Shown: positions 24,401-36,480 of the stretch, piece after piece
Layout of the letters: every line of letters starts with the position of its first letter
How positions within the stretch are numbered: position 1 is the stretch's first letter
From: Camelus ferus
Taxonomy: Eukaryota
Assembly: GCF_009834535.1 (NCBI RefSeq)
Contig: NC_045697.1
Span: forward strand, 41,604,001 to 41,668,000
Direction: 5' to 3'
Length of the DNA: 64,000 bases
Made by a program: the position numbers and the translations under genes
Notes under the pieces: generated by a model
The model's input: the letters and a program-made list of their open reading frames with translations, nothing else
Databases searched by the model: none
Told to the model about the DNA's origin: nothing

Positions 24401-26307
24401 ACAGTTTTTAAAAGTGCACTTGTATTAGAATTTGCTCATTGAGAGGTATGGAAAAATAAGAGTATTTGATATTTGAAACACAATGTTTTCAGGACCATGA
24501 ACTGCTTTCAAACCTCCTCTAGATATCATGTGTTCCTTAAGATGCTGCTTTGAATTTTAACAGTTTTTTTTTTTTTTTGGTATTGCTGTTAGGTGCAAAA
24601 AAATATTTTGCCACAAAAGAATTGTCAGTTTTCTTTAAGTAATTTGTCTCCTCTGTTTTTGCTGTTTGTAGAACTTGGTGAGCCGTCTGGTAGACAGGTG
24701 TGTAACCTTTGCAGTTGATGTTTCTTCCAGAAGGCACTGCTTGAGAATTGCCTCATGACCCTTAAGGAATGGGCTTCATCCTGAGTATGTCTGAGAGTCT
24801 AGGTGGCCAGAAATATTCTTGTCTCTCCAAATGAGGGGAGACTTGACTCTGAAATAAATTAAATACTCTGTATCCGATAGTTCATCATTCCCAAGTGACT
24901 AGGGGGCCAGTTGATCTGTCTCTTCTCAAACAGTTACTGATAACATAAAGACACCCTAGTCTGGAAAGTGTAGACGGCAAAACTTCAGTACACTTTCTTG
25001 CTTGACCTTCCTAGTTTTCACTTTTAGAGAAATTAAGTCCTGAGTAAACACTGCCCCTTAATAATTTGCCCAAAGTGGCTGGTTCTGGTTACTGCTGAGA
25101 GGAAACTCTGGAGTGTTTCAGATCTTCAGATTTTTCTAGAGAAGCAGGGTATACATACGTCTGCAATACATGTGTGTATATGTATTAGTGTGTGTCTGAA
25201 ATCTAATGTTGAAATTTTGTAACTCATTCAATTATTTTAACACTGTGTAGGAAAGAAATCTACATTTTGAGGCTGCTTATATTCACTACATGTTTACTTT
25301 GCATTTTCTATAAACTTTTGGTGATGAACATTTTAAAAAATGATTCAAGTTCACATGTTTCTTTAGCATTGTAATTAGAGTTAATTTTATCACCCTCCTA
25401 AAGTTCCTTTCTTTTTGAATGACAGTTCATAGATTAAAAACAAACACCAAAGGAATCTGGATTGCCATCTCCATATATATTAGCTGAGTGGCTGTAAGTA
25501 GCTGACCTACAATCTCTGATCCTTGTTTTCGATTCCAGTAAAAAAGCATAAAAAATGCCCAGCACAATTTTGGATGTTTGGTAGATAGTTATTTCTATAA
25601 TTCCCTCCTTAACTATGGCAAAAAAAAAAAAAAAGAAACAAAATTGATTTCCTCTAAAAAGAACTCTAAGGGAATTAACAATATTTTTCTTTTTTTTCCT
25701 CCCAGGAAAATAAAAAAAAAACAAGATAATTTTGAGGAAACAATGCTATTCAATGAAATAACTATAAACATAATAACAGATATGTCATTTATCATGTTAA
25801 TTGATTTTTTTTTTTTTTTGGTTGGAATCTATAACATTTTTGTTAATTGAAATGGGAGGAGAAAAAAAAAACTTCCAGTAGTGTGTATTTTAGGACTGAC
25901 TTATCCTTGGGCTCCAAAGGACAAGATCAGATATTGACCCTCTGGAAGCAACTGAATTGCCAAATCTGGGCACTTAGTATTGGTACTTGGGTCCATCCAT
26001 TGATGCTTCAAAATAGTGACTTAACTGGAAGTCCTAAAACAAAGGAGCAAAGCAGGTAATCTAGCTACATTATCTGGATCATCAAAAGGATGAAATTTGT
26101 GTTGCTCACTTGGTAACTTGCTTGTAACACCTTCATAATCCACTTTTGTTTTCTTCCCATGGGACAATTAAAATCCAGATGGATGGCTTCTCATTGTCCT
26201 TGTTCCATGTCAGAAACTGCAATTGATTTAGAATGAAGTGAAGACTTGTTGATGAGCAAGGAGACCTAGATGACTAACTTCAGTGCTAAAACTTTCTGCC
26301 TTGAAGT

Positions 26308-26691
26308 CTACCTTGATCAGCTCAGGCTGCTGTAACAAAATGCCATAACTGGGTGGCTTATAAACAACAGAAATTTATTTCTCACAGTTCTGGAGGCAGG
26401 AAGTCCAAGATCAGGTTGCCTGCACTGGTCAGGTTCAGTGTGTGGTGAGAGTCTGTTTCCTAGTTCATAGACGGCTATTTCCTTACTGTATTATCACACG
26501 GTGAGAGAGGAAGCAAGCTCTCTCAGGGCTCTTATAAGGGCGCTAATAGCACTTATGAGGGCTCCAGCCTCATGAACTCATCTATTCCTCATTATCTCCC
26601 AAAGACCCCACTTCTTAATACCATCACATTAGGGGGTAGGGTTTCAACACAGGGATTTGGGGTGGGGCACACAAACATTCAGTCCATGGCA
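26308..26691 (-). mobile_element. MaLR solo LTR (MLT1A-like)
   Basis: ggctgctgtaacaaaatgccat, aacaacagaaatttatttctcacagttctggaggc, acaaacattcagtccatggca. Confidence 0.88.
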
Positions 26692-26695
26692 AGTG

Positions 26696-27238
26696 TGTGG
26701 TGGATGCACCCTTAGGTGAGCCCTAGTGAGTCAAACCCTTGTGTAACCCTCTCCTCTTGGGTACAGGTGGAACCTGTGTCTTCTAGTCAATAAATTATGG
26801 CAAAGCGGGTAGGATAGTCACTTCCTCGATTAGGTGATAAGACTATCTTGAGATGGAGTGAGGGAATCTCCTGCTGGCGTTGAAGGAGTAGGTCACCATG
26901 TGGTAAGTGGGCCATGAGTCTATGACCCAGAGGCGGCCTCTAGAAGCTGATAGGAGCCCCTGGCTGTTGTAAGCAAGAAAATAGGGACCTCCATCCTACA
27001 AGCACAGGGACTGAATTCTTCCCACAACTATGTGAACTCAGAAGAGAACCTTCAGCTCCAGAAAGTTCCTTCCTTGCCAATCCCTTGATTGTAGCCTTGT
27101 GAGACCTTGAGCAAAGGATCCAGCTAGGTTCTGCATTCATGGACTCCTAACCCACAAAAACTCTGAGATAATAAATGTTTGTTATTTTAAACCATTAAGT
27201 TTGGGGTGATTTATTATACAGCCTGGAAAACAAATGCA
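26696..27238 (+). mobile_element. MaLR solo LTR (MLT1E/F/G-like) abutting the previous LTR head-to-head
   Basis: tctcctgctggcgttgaagga, ttgattgtagccttgtgagaccttgagc, cccacaaaaactctgagataataaatg. Confidence 0.82.
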
Positions 27239-27829
27239 AGGTCATCTCATTTGCCTTCCTCAGGCTCCTTCAGCTAATCCTCATAAGTGGATGAGGTTCT
27301 TGGAAGGATGATGTCTTGGAAATGTGTCAAACATACTTACATTCCCATGTCTGGAGGATTTTAGACAAGTTTTAGTCTAATGGCTACTGAGTCATTAGCT
27401 TGTTAGAACTAGAAGTATGTATTGCTTTGTTAAAGTTTGCTGCAATCAGGGAATTCAACACTTATTTTGCTTAAATATACACCTTACAGGTTAAGGGGAG
27501 GTCACTTCTTAACACAGGACAGACTGAAACAGTAATAAGCCTTGTCAGACAGAGTTTTCCAAAGAATACTGTGCACCTGTGTTTGTCCTTCCTCTAACTA
27601 TTAAGAGGTTCTGCTCAGTGAAGATAGTTAGATGTAATCGTACCTGGACTGTTTGATGTGGGGTACTCTGATAATTGTGTAATATGAAACAAGAATGACT
27701 GAATCCACACTATGTAAAAATAAAGACAAATACTATATAATGAAGTAAGAAATCATAAAGAATAAATGATGAAGTTTTGATCAAACATCCTGTTTCAATT
27801 CATCACTTGAATGATTATAGACTTTAACA

Positions 27830-28035
27830 TTCAACATGCATAGATTTCAGCCTAGCCTCTGCCATTTATTAGCATTATGGCCTGAAGCCCCCAGAACTTC
27901 ACTTTCCTTATTTGCAAAATGAGGATAATAATACCTACATCATAGCATTTTGTGAAGTTTTATAAGGAGTAAGTTTTATGGTATAACTAAAATGTAAAAT
28001 GCAGTGTGTAACACATATTAGATGCTCAAAAAATT
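27830..28035 (+). mobile_element. MIR SINE
   Basis: ctctgccatttattagc ... tttccttatttgcaaaatgaggataataatacctac ... atgctcaaaaaat. Confidence 0.7.
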
Positions 28036-29794
28036 CTGGTCCTCTCTCTTTTTCCCCAAGTCCAAACACACACACACAAATGTGTGTGTATACTCACACC
28101 CACAGACACATAAAAGAGCTGGTGAAAATTCTTTCATCTGGATTGAAGATTATTTTCTATTCTGGTCTAGACCTGATATTTCATTTTGTCTTACTAAATG
28201 TGAATTACGCTTATCTGTTTCTTATTACATCAATATTATCAAAAGATTATTTTCTTTAGAGTTCTATTAGATTGCTCAGAGTACATTTTAAAAAGTCTAA
28301 TCTGTAAAAGTAAATTCTACAGAGCTCTGTTTTGTTTTTATTGAACACAGGACCCCCCTTAACCCCCAACAAAGACATGGAACTCATGACACAATTTCCT
28401 CCAGTGCAGGGGTTGATACCTTGTGTCACTACATCTGAGGTGTGAACTATACCTCTTAGTATCTTGTTCAGTGGTCAAGTATCTCATGTTCACCATGGGT
28501 TATAATTTTTATAATTTTTGTAAGTTACTAGCATCCTTTTTTTGTAAACAGTATCCATCTTGTAAGATGGTTTCATGATCCCTTCAGGATTCCCTCATGA
28601 TCCCATGCTGAGCTTGGCTTGTATGTTATAGTGTAGCTGAACTCTTTAGAACACAGGACAAAGTCTTACAGAACCTGGGTCGCAAATAAGCTGCGTGGCT
28701 TTGGGTAAGTCAGTTGTCCTCTTAGGCCTTAGTTTCCTCTTGTATAAATAAAATGAGGGTGTCAGTTCAGTGATTAGAAGTTTTTCTAGCTAAAAATTCA
28801 TTCTTGATATGTAGCCCATTTGCTATTTCTGGAAATGTACAATATGCTTTTTCTTCCCTTTTGTAAATTGCTGCTGACAAGCACAGTGCTTTCAGCACTT
28901 TGCAGAGTATTTGTTGTACATCTGGTAGGAAGCCTGGGAAGTAATTATCAAGTCTCAGTCTCTAGCCGCCAATAGTTTGTGTATCTATGTGTGTGTGTAT
29001 GTGAGTGTATACCTGTGTGCATACACACATGCCCACGTGTGTGTGTAAATTGCAGCCTGTTGGAATCTGAATGTGTACCTAAATTTGAATGATGAGGAGA
29101 ATATACAATTTTTACTTGCCAGAGTTAGTATTTTTCCATTTTCCTGGCTTCTGTTTCTTTGGAAAATCTGAAACACTTGAATGTTATTATCAGCTTATAG
29201 ATGAAATAGAATACACACAGAAGTAATAGACTGGAAAATGTGTGTGTGCGTGTGAGTGATGGCAGTGAGATGGAGGGAGTAGAGTGGACATTGATGTTGC
29301 TTTGCAAGATTTGATTACTAATTGTTATTAACTCAAGTTTGAGTTGCCGCAAACTTTAAAATTTGTCTGATAAGGGACCTTTTCCATTTAGTGGCATGAA
29401 TATATGACTGTGGCTGGATAAATTAGTGATCTATGAATTCACAGTTACACTTGATAATGCACATAGGAGGGTGCGGTTATTGAGTCTAGAGCTAGAGATA
29501 CTTAATTTGGAGAGAGGTTGACTTTTCAGGAAGATGAAAGATATCTTCAAATATTTGAAGACACTTGTGTCAGTAAATGAGTAAACTTGCTCAGTTTGGC
29601 TCCCGAGAACATACATAGGATTAATAGGAGGTTTGATTTAAGAAAGAATGTAATAGGTTTGGTTTGATTTAAGAAAGAGCGTTATCAGAGTCAGAGCCAT
29701 TCATCAGTGGGTTGTCTCCCTTGTGAAGGTGTGAGCAATTATGTAAGAGAAGGTGTGGTATTTTAAGCAAAACCTGGAAGGAAGAATATCTATA

Positions 29795-30251
29795 TTTTTA
29801 CTGGTGTGTAGTTGATTTACAATATTATACTAGTTTTAGGTGTACAACATAGTAATTCAATATTTTTATAGATTATACTCCATTTAAAGTTATTATAAAA
29901 TAATGGCTATATTTCTTTGTGCTGTATAATGTATCCTTGTTGCTTATTTATTTTATACATAGTAGTTTGTGTCTCTTAATCTGATATCCCTGTCTCACCT
30001 ATATACCCCATCTCACCCCTTCCCCTTTCTCTTTTCCCACTAGTAACCACTGGTTTCTTCTCCATATCTGTGAGTCTGCTTCTTTTTTGTTATATTCACT
30101 AGTTTGTTTTATTTTTTTAGATTCCACATATAGATGATATTATACAGTATTTGTCTTCCTCTGACTCATTTCACTAAGCATAATACTCCCTAAGTCCATC
30201 CACATTGTTGTAAAGGGCAGAATTTCATTTTTTACAGCTGAGTAATATTCC

Positions 30252-30292
<41 letters not shown>

Positions 30293-30870
30293 ACACACAA
30301 TATATATTTATATTGTATCTTCTTTATCCATTCATCTGTTGATAAGCACTGTTGATTCATCTTGGCAATTGTACATAATGCAGCTATAAACACTGGTATG
30401 TATGTATCTCCTAGAATTAGTGTCTTTATTTTCTTTGGATATATACCCAGCAGTGGAATTGCTGGATCATATGGTAGTTCTATTTTTAGTTTTTTGAAGA
30501 ACTTCCATTCTGTCTTCTGTAGTGGCTGTACCAATTTACAATCCCACCAACAGTGTACCAGGACTCTCTTTTCTCCACATCCTCACCAATGCTTGTCATT
30601 TGCTGTCATTTTCATAATAGCTATTTTGACAGATGTGAAGTGATATCTCTTAGTGGTTTTGATTTGCATTTCCCTGATGACTGGTGGTGCTGAGCATCTT
30701 TTCATATGCCTGGTGGCCATCTGGATGTCTCCTTTGGAAGAATGTCTGTTCAGGTTCTTTGCCCATTTTTTAATTGAGTTGTTTGGGCTTTTTTGATGCT
30801 GAGTTGTGAGGGTTCTTTGTATATTTTGAATATTAATCTCTTATCAGATATATCATATCTAAATATCTTC
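29795..30870 (-). mobile_element. L1 fragment of about 1.1 kb (degraded ORF2 C-terminus plus 3' UTR) containing a (TG)17 microsatellite
   Basis: The minus-strand ORF 30232-30534 (KKLKIELPYDPAIPLLGIYPK) is L1 ORF2p-like. Confidence 0.93.
30254..30288. repeat. (TG)17 microsatellite
   Basis: Read directly. Confidence 0.97.
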
Positions 30871-32779
30871 AAAACTTACCTTTTGTTATTAATAGTTTAG
30901 AAAATATTTTTCAGCTTCACAATTCATAACTGATAATGTCATATACATGTTTAGAATTATTGTTTGGGGAAAGCTCTAGTTTCTTTTATATATGGGCTGT
31001 AATGTTTGGAAAAGTTGTTTACAGACTATCTTGTGGATTCATATATTTCAAACCTTGTTTCTCCACCACTACCTATATGCCTGCAGACTTCCAGGGTCAG
31101 GCACTGTTCATTCTGTGATGTAATTTCTGGTCCTGCCACTTCCTGTCACAACATTGGTTACCAGGTGAATGCACCCAATGGTTGCAATATTCTTAGCATG
31201 CGTGCCTACTTCTGTAACAGCTGCAACAATTTAAATGACTGTGAAGCATATAATAATCCACTACCAAAATAAATGTATTTTTAACTTAATTTCCCCTCAG
31301 GCAGTTCCCCAAAATGTCTGCAGCCACTCTGATTCTACATTTTACAAGGGGAAGCTGATGAAAGAGAAGGTGGAGTAAAAAGAGATGGTGGTCTTAACCC
31401 TAGAAAATTAAAGTAAAACAGCATGAGATTTGCTCTTTTAAAACTTATGTTATTTGTAAATTAAAGAAATTGGAGTTGAGATTGAGATCAGAAATACTAG
31501 AGGCAAATTTTTGTTGAACTACATGAGAAAATTAATCGGTTTGACTTCATATTCTTGAATGTGTACATTTTTTATGACTCATAGTCAATCTATAGTTTCA
31601 AAAGTAATTTTGGCTGAGTCTTCAATAAGATAAATATATTTGACTAGATGCATTTTGCAATACAAAAAAATGTGTTCTGTTTGAATTTTCTTTTCAGCAG
31701 TCAACAAAGTGCAGTATAAAACTATTATAAGTATAACTGTTACACTACTCAACGTTTTAACTCAGCATGCATAAGCAATAAAATTAGAGTCATATCCAAT
31801 TTTATCTAAGTATGAAGGATTATATTAGTTGCTTATTAACGCATTATTTGAGAACTTTATGGACTAGAAGAGTATCTTATCTCCTGCCTAAGGCAGAACA
31901 AAAAGAGGTGACTATTAGAATTAAGTTCTAGGTTGGCATTTCATTGAGTTCATATTTGATAACCTCTTTCGAAGCTTGTACACGTCAATTTATTTCAATA
32001 CTTTTATCAAATATTATTGGCTGTGCTTTCCAAGTTAGCATTTCAGACTCTTATTTCATAATTTAAATATGATACTTTGATAGTCAATGTCAGCATTCAT
32101 GTAAAATGCTATTTGGAAGGTCTCATAAATAACACGGTTTAAAAATATTTAGTGGCAAGCAGAACATTTTTAAACATTAACATTTTACATTAGTTACTGA
32201 CCTATAAACAAGATTTATGCTGAAACAATTGACTAATTGCATCTTGGCACAACATGCTGCCAGTAATTTGATCATAACCTCATGGGACCTTTTTTCTTTT
32301 TCTCATTTTCTGTCTTTAAACTACAGTAAAGCTATAGTTTATGATATAAGCTGTGGGAAAAACATAGGTCTTATTTTTAAAATACAGCTAGTACAGATGC
32401 TAAGATAAATCCCTAGCTAAGTAGGTAGTTCCCTGTGTTTTTCAAAACTGATATATTAGTTTTGACATGCAGTTTGGGTTTTATTAAATCCTCAAATTCA
32501 GTGCCACAGTCTGCAGTGCTAATTCTCCATGTTTATTATTTTCTGTATTTCTCCCTGACTCTTAAACTTTCTGTATGCCTGTTAGCTAGATAATAAAAAC
32601 AAAACAAGCAAAAAGACACACAAGATCTTATTTATATACGTTTTCAATTATCAAAATGAAGCTATATTAGCAATTTCAACTGAAATGTTTGTTTCTAGAA
32701 GGAGCAATACATTTGATTTGATATTAGCACCTATTTCTAATCCCACAAGGACCTACAATCTACGATCTGCCATCATTTT

Positions 32780-33400
32780 TCTGTTCCTGACCACCCTCAT
32801 GTACTCGTTTTCCTCTTTACACAGCTTAGATATTGTGCTTCATATGACAATCTATCCCCTATATAAACCCTCAACTGCCTTCTCTCTTCCTTCCTGGCAA
32901 AATTCAAACGCTGGGTGAATCTGACTCCTCTCCACTAAGATAGATAAACGTGGCTGGAGAAAATCATGTAGTCGTGTTGACTATTTGCTCCTAAATTCCA
33001 GACCAAAAGATGCAGTCGGCCTTTATTACTGCTCAGAATCTCTAGTCCATTACGTTTCTACCAAGCTAGGTGACACGTTTATCCCTTCCTCTATCTTCAA
33101 AACTCTAACACCTTTTCCCCCATCCTTTCTCTCAGCTGATGATCTTGCTTCCTATTTCACTGCAAAACTAAAAGCCGACAGAAGTGAACATCCACAAGGT
33201 CTCCACCCCCACCATCTCTACCTATGCCCTGGCGTCTGAACCCATTTAGGCTGCTTTCCCTGCTGATGCTGGGCAGGGTTTTATCCTGTATAAACGAATC
33301 CCTGCGTTTGCAGCTAGATCCACTCCATTTTACCACCTCGAGCAGTTATCCTCTTTGCCATCCTCCATATTTCCTTAAAACGAGGCTTTCTCATTAGTGT
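32780..33400 (+). mobile_element. L2 LINE remnant
   Basis: gtggctggagaaaatca ... tctcagctgatgatcttgcttcctatttcactg. Confidence 0.65.
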
Positions 33401-33903
33401 CTAGTATTTTCTTCTCTTATTTTTGACTTAATATTTTCAGTTTGTATTTTACTCCTGTGTTAGGTATTCCCCACTATGTTATAGTTTTTTTGAGTACAAG
33501 AAACTTAGCCTGAACTTTTTTGTATCTATCAGAATAAATATTAGCCAGTTTTTACTTAATTTTATAACATATTACATAATCTAGTAACATTTAACCTTCT
33601 TCTATGAAGTTTTTTATTTTATCCAAATAAAAATATCCAATAAGTAAAAACAGAGACATAGTAGAAGATCAGTAAATTTTTGTTGAGTGAATGAAGAGAT
33701 AGTCATGCAAGTCTTAAATGAACTTGATTTTCAAAACTGAGTATTAGTTCAAATTAGAAATTAGAAATGTTACAATGGAATTCCATTTCCTTAAGGTGCT
33801 TAACCAAAAAAAGAGAGGTATTATTATTATTATAATCCTGGAAGACACAGAATTTATATTCAAATGGTTTCATGTGATATCCTAGAATAAACAATTAATA
33901 AAA

Positions 33904-33963
33904 ATATATATGCATATGTGCATGCGTGCACAGGCACGCACACACACACACACACACACGCAC
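33904..33963. repeat. Alternating purine-pyrimidine tract ending in (CA)10
   Basis: atatatatgcatatgtgcatgcgtgcacaggcacg(ca)n; one break at 'agg'. Confidence 0.9.
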
Positions 33964-35280
33964 TGGTTTAATTTTTACCAATGATGCAGAAAGAGCCTTT
34001 GTGAGAAGAAAATTTTGGTTATTGTTAAAGTGATGTACATTTTGACCTTTCTCTAAACTCTGACTACATCACAAAGGAGTAGATAAATACATCTCTTTTC
34101 CATTTTGGTGCTTATGAGTGTTGGGTGCCTTGGGTTCCTAAACTGACCACACATAAAACCACAGAAGCAGGATGCAGTGGGGGGCTGTTAAAACCAGCTC
34201 GTCAGGAAATCCATTTGGGGTCAGTAAGCAGGTTGTTAAGGACACCAACCAACAGGAAGAAGGTGGAGAGCACAAGAGGCAGGCATGCATTTAGGAGTGA
34301 AATCAATACTTGTATTTGATGAGTGGGATACCTTTTTGATAGTCGTGCAAAGAAATCCCAATGTATAGTCTCAAAACGCCAATTTTCTATCACTGTTTAC
34401 AGTTCTTATGGAGATAGGTTTTGTGAGAAGAATACCATATAGGCCAAACCTTTGCTGAATAATCTTCATGTTTGTTTAAAACAAACAAAAAACAACTGAC
34501 ACTTGCAGAAGTTACTAGCCATTTATCTGGTTTTGTCACGTTTCTCTAAGAATTTGATCATCTAATCAAAAACAATTTTGTAATTTGTTTATATTTTGCT
34601 ATGTTCTGTAAACCCAATTTTTGTTTCTTTTGTAAGTATGAGGAGTAAAGCTTTAGCAGCATTCTGTCCCCAGTACTCATGCACTAATTGTTTCATGAGC
34701 AAGTTATTTAACCACTCTGCCTCAGTTTCCTTAGCTCTACTAGTTTCCCAATTTTCTGTAAAAATACAGCAAGTTAGGTAATATCTGTTTAGACAATAAA
34801 TGCAAATTTTAGTTATTATCACGAAGTGATTTTTCTATTATCAACTCTTTCAGTTATCTAAATATTATTTATCTATTTGTTGACTAAATATGTAAATGAA
34901 TGAAAGAATGAATTAACTGTAAAATTAGAAATCAGAAAAGCTGTCATTTTAGTGGAATAGCTTGCAAAGATTTGTAACTTTTGATTTGGTAATAAAGATA
35001 ATAAAGAAAATGTAGAAAATCCTAATAAAGTCTAGACAAACTGGAGAAAAATTAAAAGATGTCAATGTTGCAGTCATGTATCAGTTACATTATAATTTTT
35101 CAAATATGTACTGTGCTCCTATATATTTATAATAAAGATGTTCTTTTTATTTTGAAATAATTTTAAACTTGTAGAAAAGTTGCAAGAATGGTAAAAATAA
35201 CTATAAAGAGATCGTAGTAATTCTTATTTCGTATGATTTTAGTGAGGATCAAATGAGTTAGTATATAGAAAGTATTAAGA

Positions 35281-35518
35281 CCTGTAGAGAGCTTGTTTGG
35301 AGGCTGTAGCAGGGGAGCGCAGTTACTCGTACACCCTTGACCTTGACCTAGAAGAACGGTCCTCCTCTATCGGGGTTGGTCGTCCTCTTCAACCGAGCGC
35401 GCAGCTTCGGGAGGGACGCACATGGAGCTGTGAGGGAGGAAGGAGACACTCGCCTAGCCAGCCGGATCAGCCAAATCAACCCTGGTGATCAATGGGGTGA
35501 AAGATTGCTCTCACATCC
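35281..35518 (-). pseudogene. 7SK snRNA (RN7SK) retropseudogene, 5'-complete, 3'-truncated, no poly(A) tail
   Basis: The reverse complement reads GGATGTGAGAGCAATC...CACCCCATTGATCACCAGGGTTGATTTGGCTGATCCGGCTGGCTAGGCG...GAAGCTGCGCGCTCGG...CCTCCAAACAAGCTCTC, roughly the first 250 nt of 7SK. It is flanked by the perfect direct repeat GAAAGTATTAAGA (35268-35280 and 35519-35531). Confidence 0.96.
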
Positions 35519-36480
35519 GAAAGTATTAAGAACTTTAGAAGTCAATGAATTGGGAGAAGAACTGCTTAGAACCAATAAATACTGGTTGTTACTGTTAAGC
35601 GTCAGTTTTGTCATCTGAACAATGGGGATACTACAAGTGCCTATCTTAGATGGTTATTGCATACATAAAACTTAGGAACCCAGGGGATTTCCTGTCTAAG
35701 TTAACAACAGCCTGTGCTATATAAATAATAAAACTCCTTACTGGAAGAAACCCAATCCCAGTTTCCATGAATACTTGAATAACATCAAAAGAAAATCAAA
35801 ATTGCCTATGTGGAGACACTTTTTTGACCTAGTGTTAACAATTATATCAAGTCTTCACATTTTGGGTTTACCCAGGCTTCATGCCGGTAGCTATCAATGT
35901 GAGGACGAATCTAGCTGATCTTACCTAAACCAAATCTGGTAAATTATTTGATATTAGGAAAACATTTACTGCTGGAAGAAAATACATTCACGTAATTGTT
36001 GCATAGAAATGCTAATAAAATTTGGGTAAAAAGAAAACAGCCTATTTGTTAATCTTCCGTTTTTCAAACTGGATTCTGTGCCTCAGGGTAAGGCCTAGAC
36101 CGGGGAGGGTGCTGGTACAGCACACCAAGAGCACACACAGCCCCGTGATGGATACGGCAGGTCTTCCTGGAACTCAGATTTCATGTGAAGACCGAGATTG
36201 ATGGGGAAATGAAATTTTATATTAAAACAAATACAGATCTATATGAGATCAAAATGCAAATTTTACATGAATTATAAAGGTGAAGCATATGACTTTAGAA
36301 ATATTCAAAAGTGATTTGACTCATGTTTGTAGAAATCTGAGACCTTTAATTCATTTTGCTCTACAATTAGGAGTATTTCAATCATTAATTAGCTTACTTG
36401 TTTGAAAATACTTATTTAGGGCCAACTATATGCCAGACACTGTACTGTGCTCTCAGTGCAAATAAAGGTGAGTAAGTCTC

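Noticed and set aside
29931..29939. Second GTATCCTTG identical to the U12 donor
   Set aside because: It lies inside an antisense L1 3' UTR with no exon upstream. The exact TCCTTAAC motifs I saw (11773-11780, 25606-25613) are upstream of it, so they cannot form an intron with it.
31040..32270. AT-rich block that might be a decayed DNA-transposon interior
   Set aside because: I could not identify terminal repeats or convincing transposase motifs by eye; it needs a Dfam search.
35297..35618. Two plus-strand ORFs in a GC-rich patch suggesting a small gene or CpG island
   Set aside because: They are fully explained by the antisense 7SK retrocopy.
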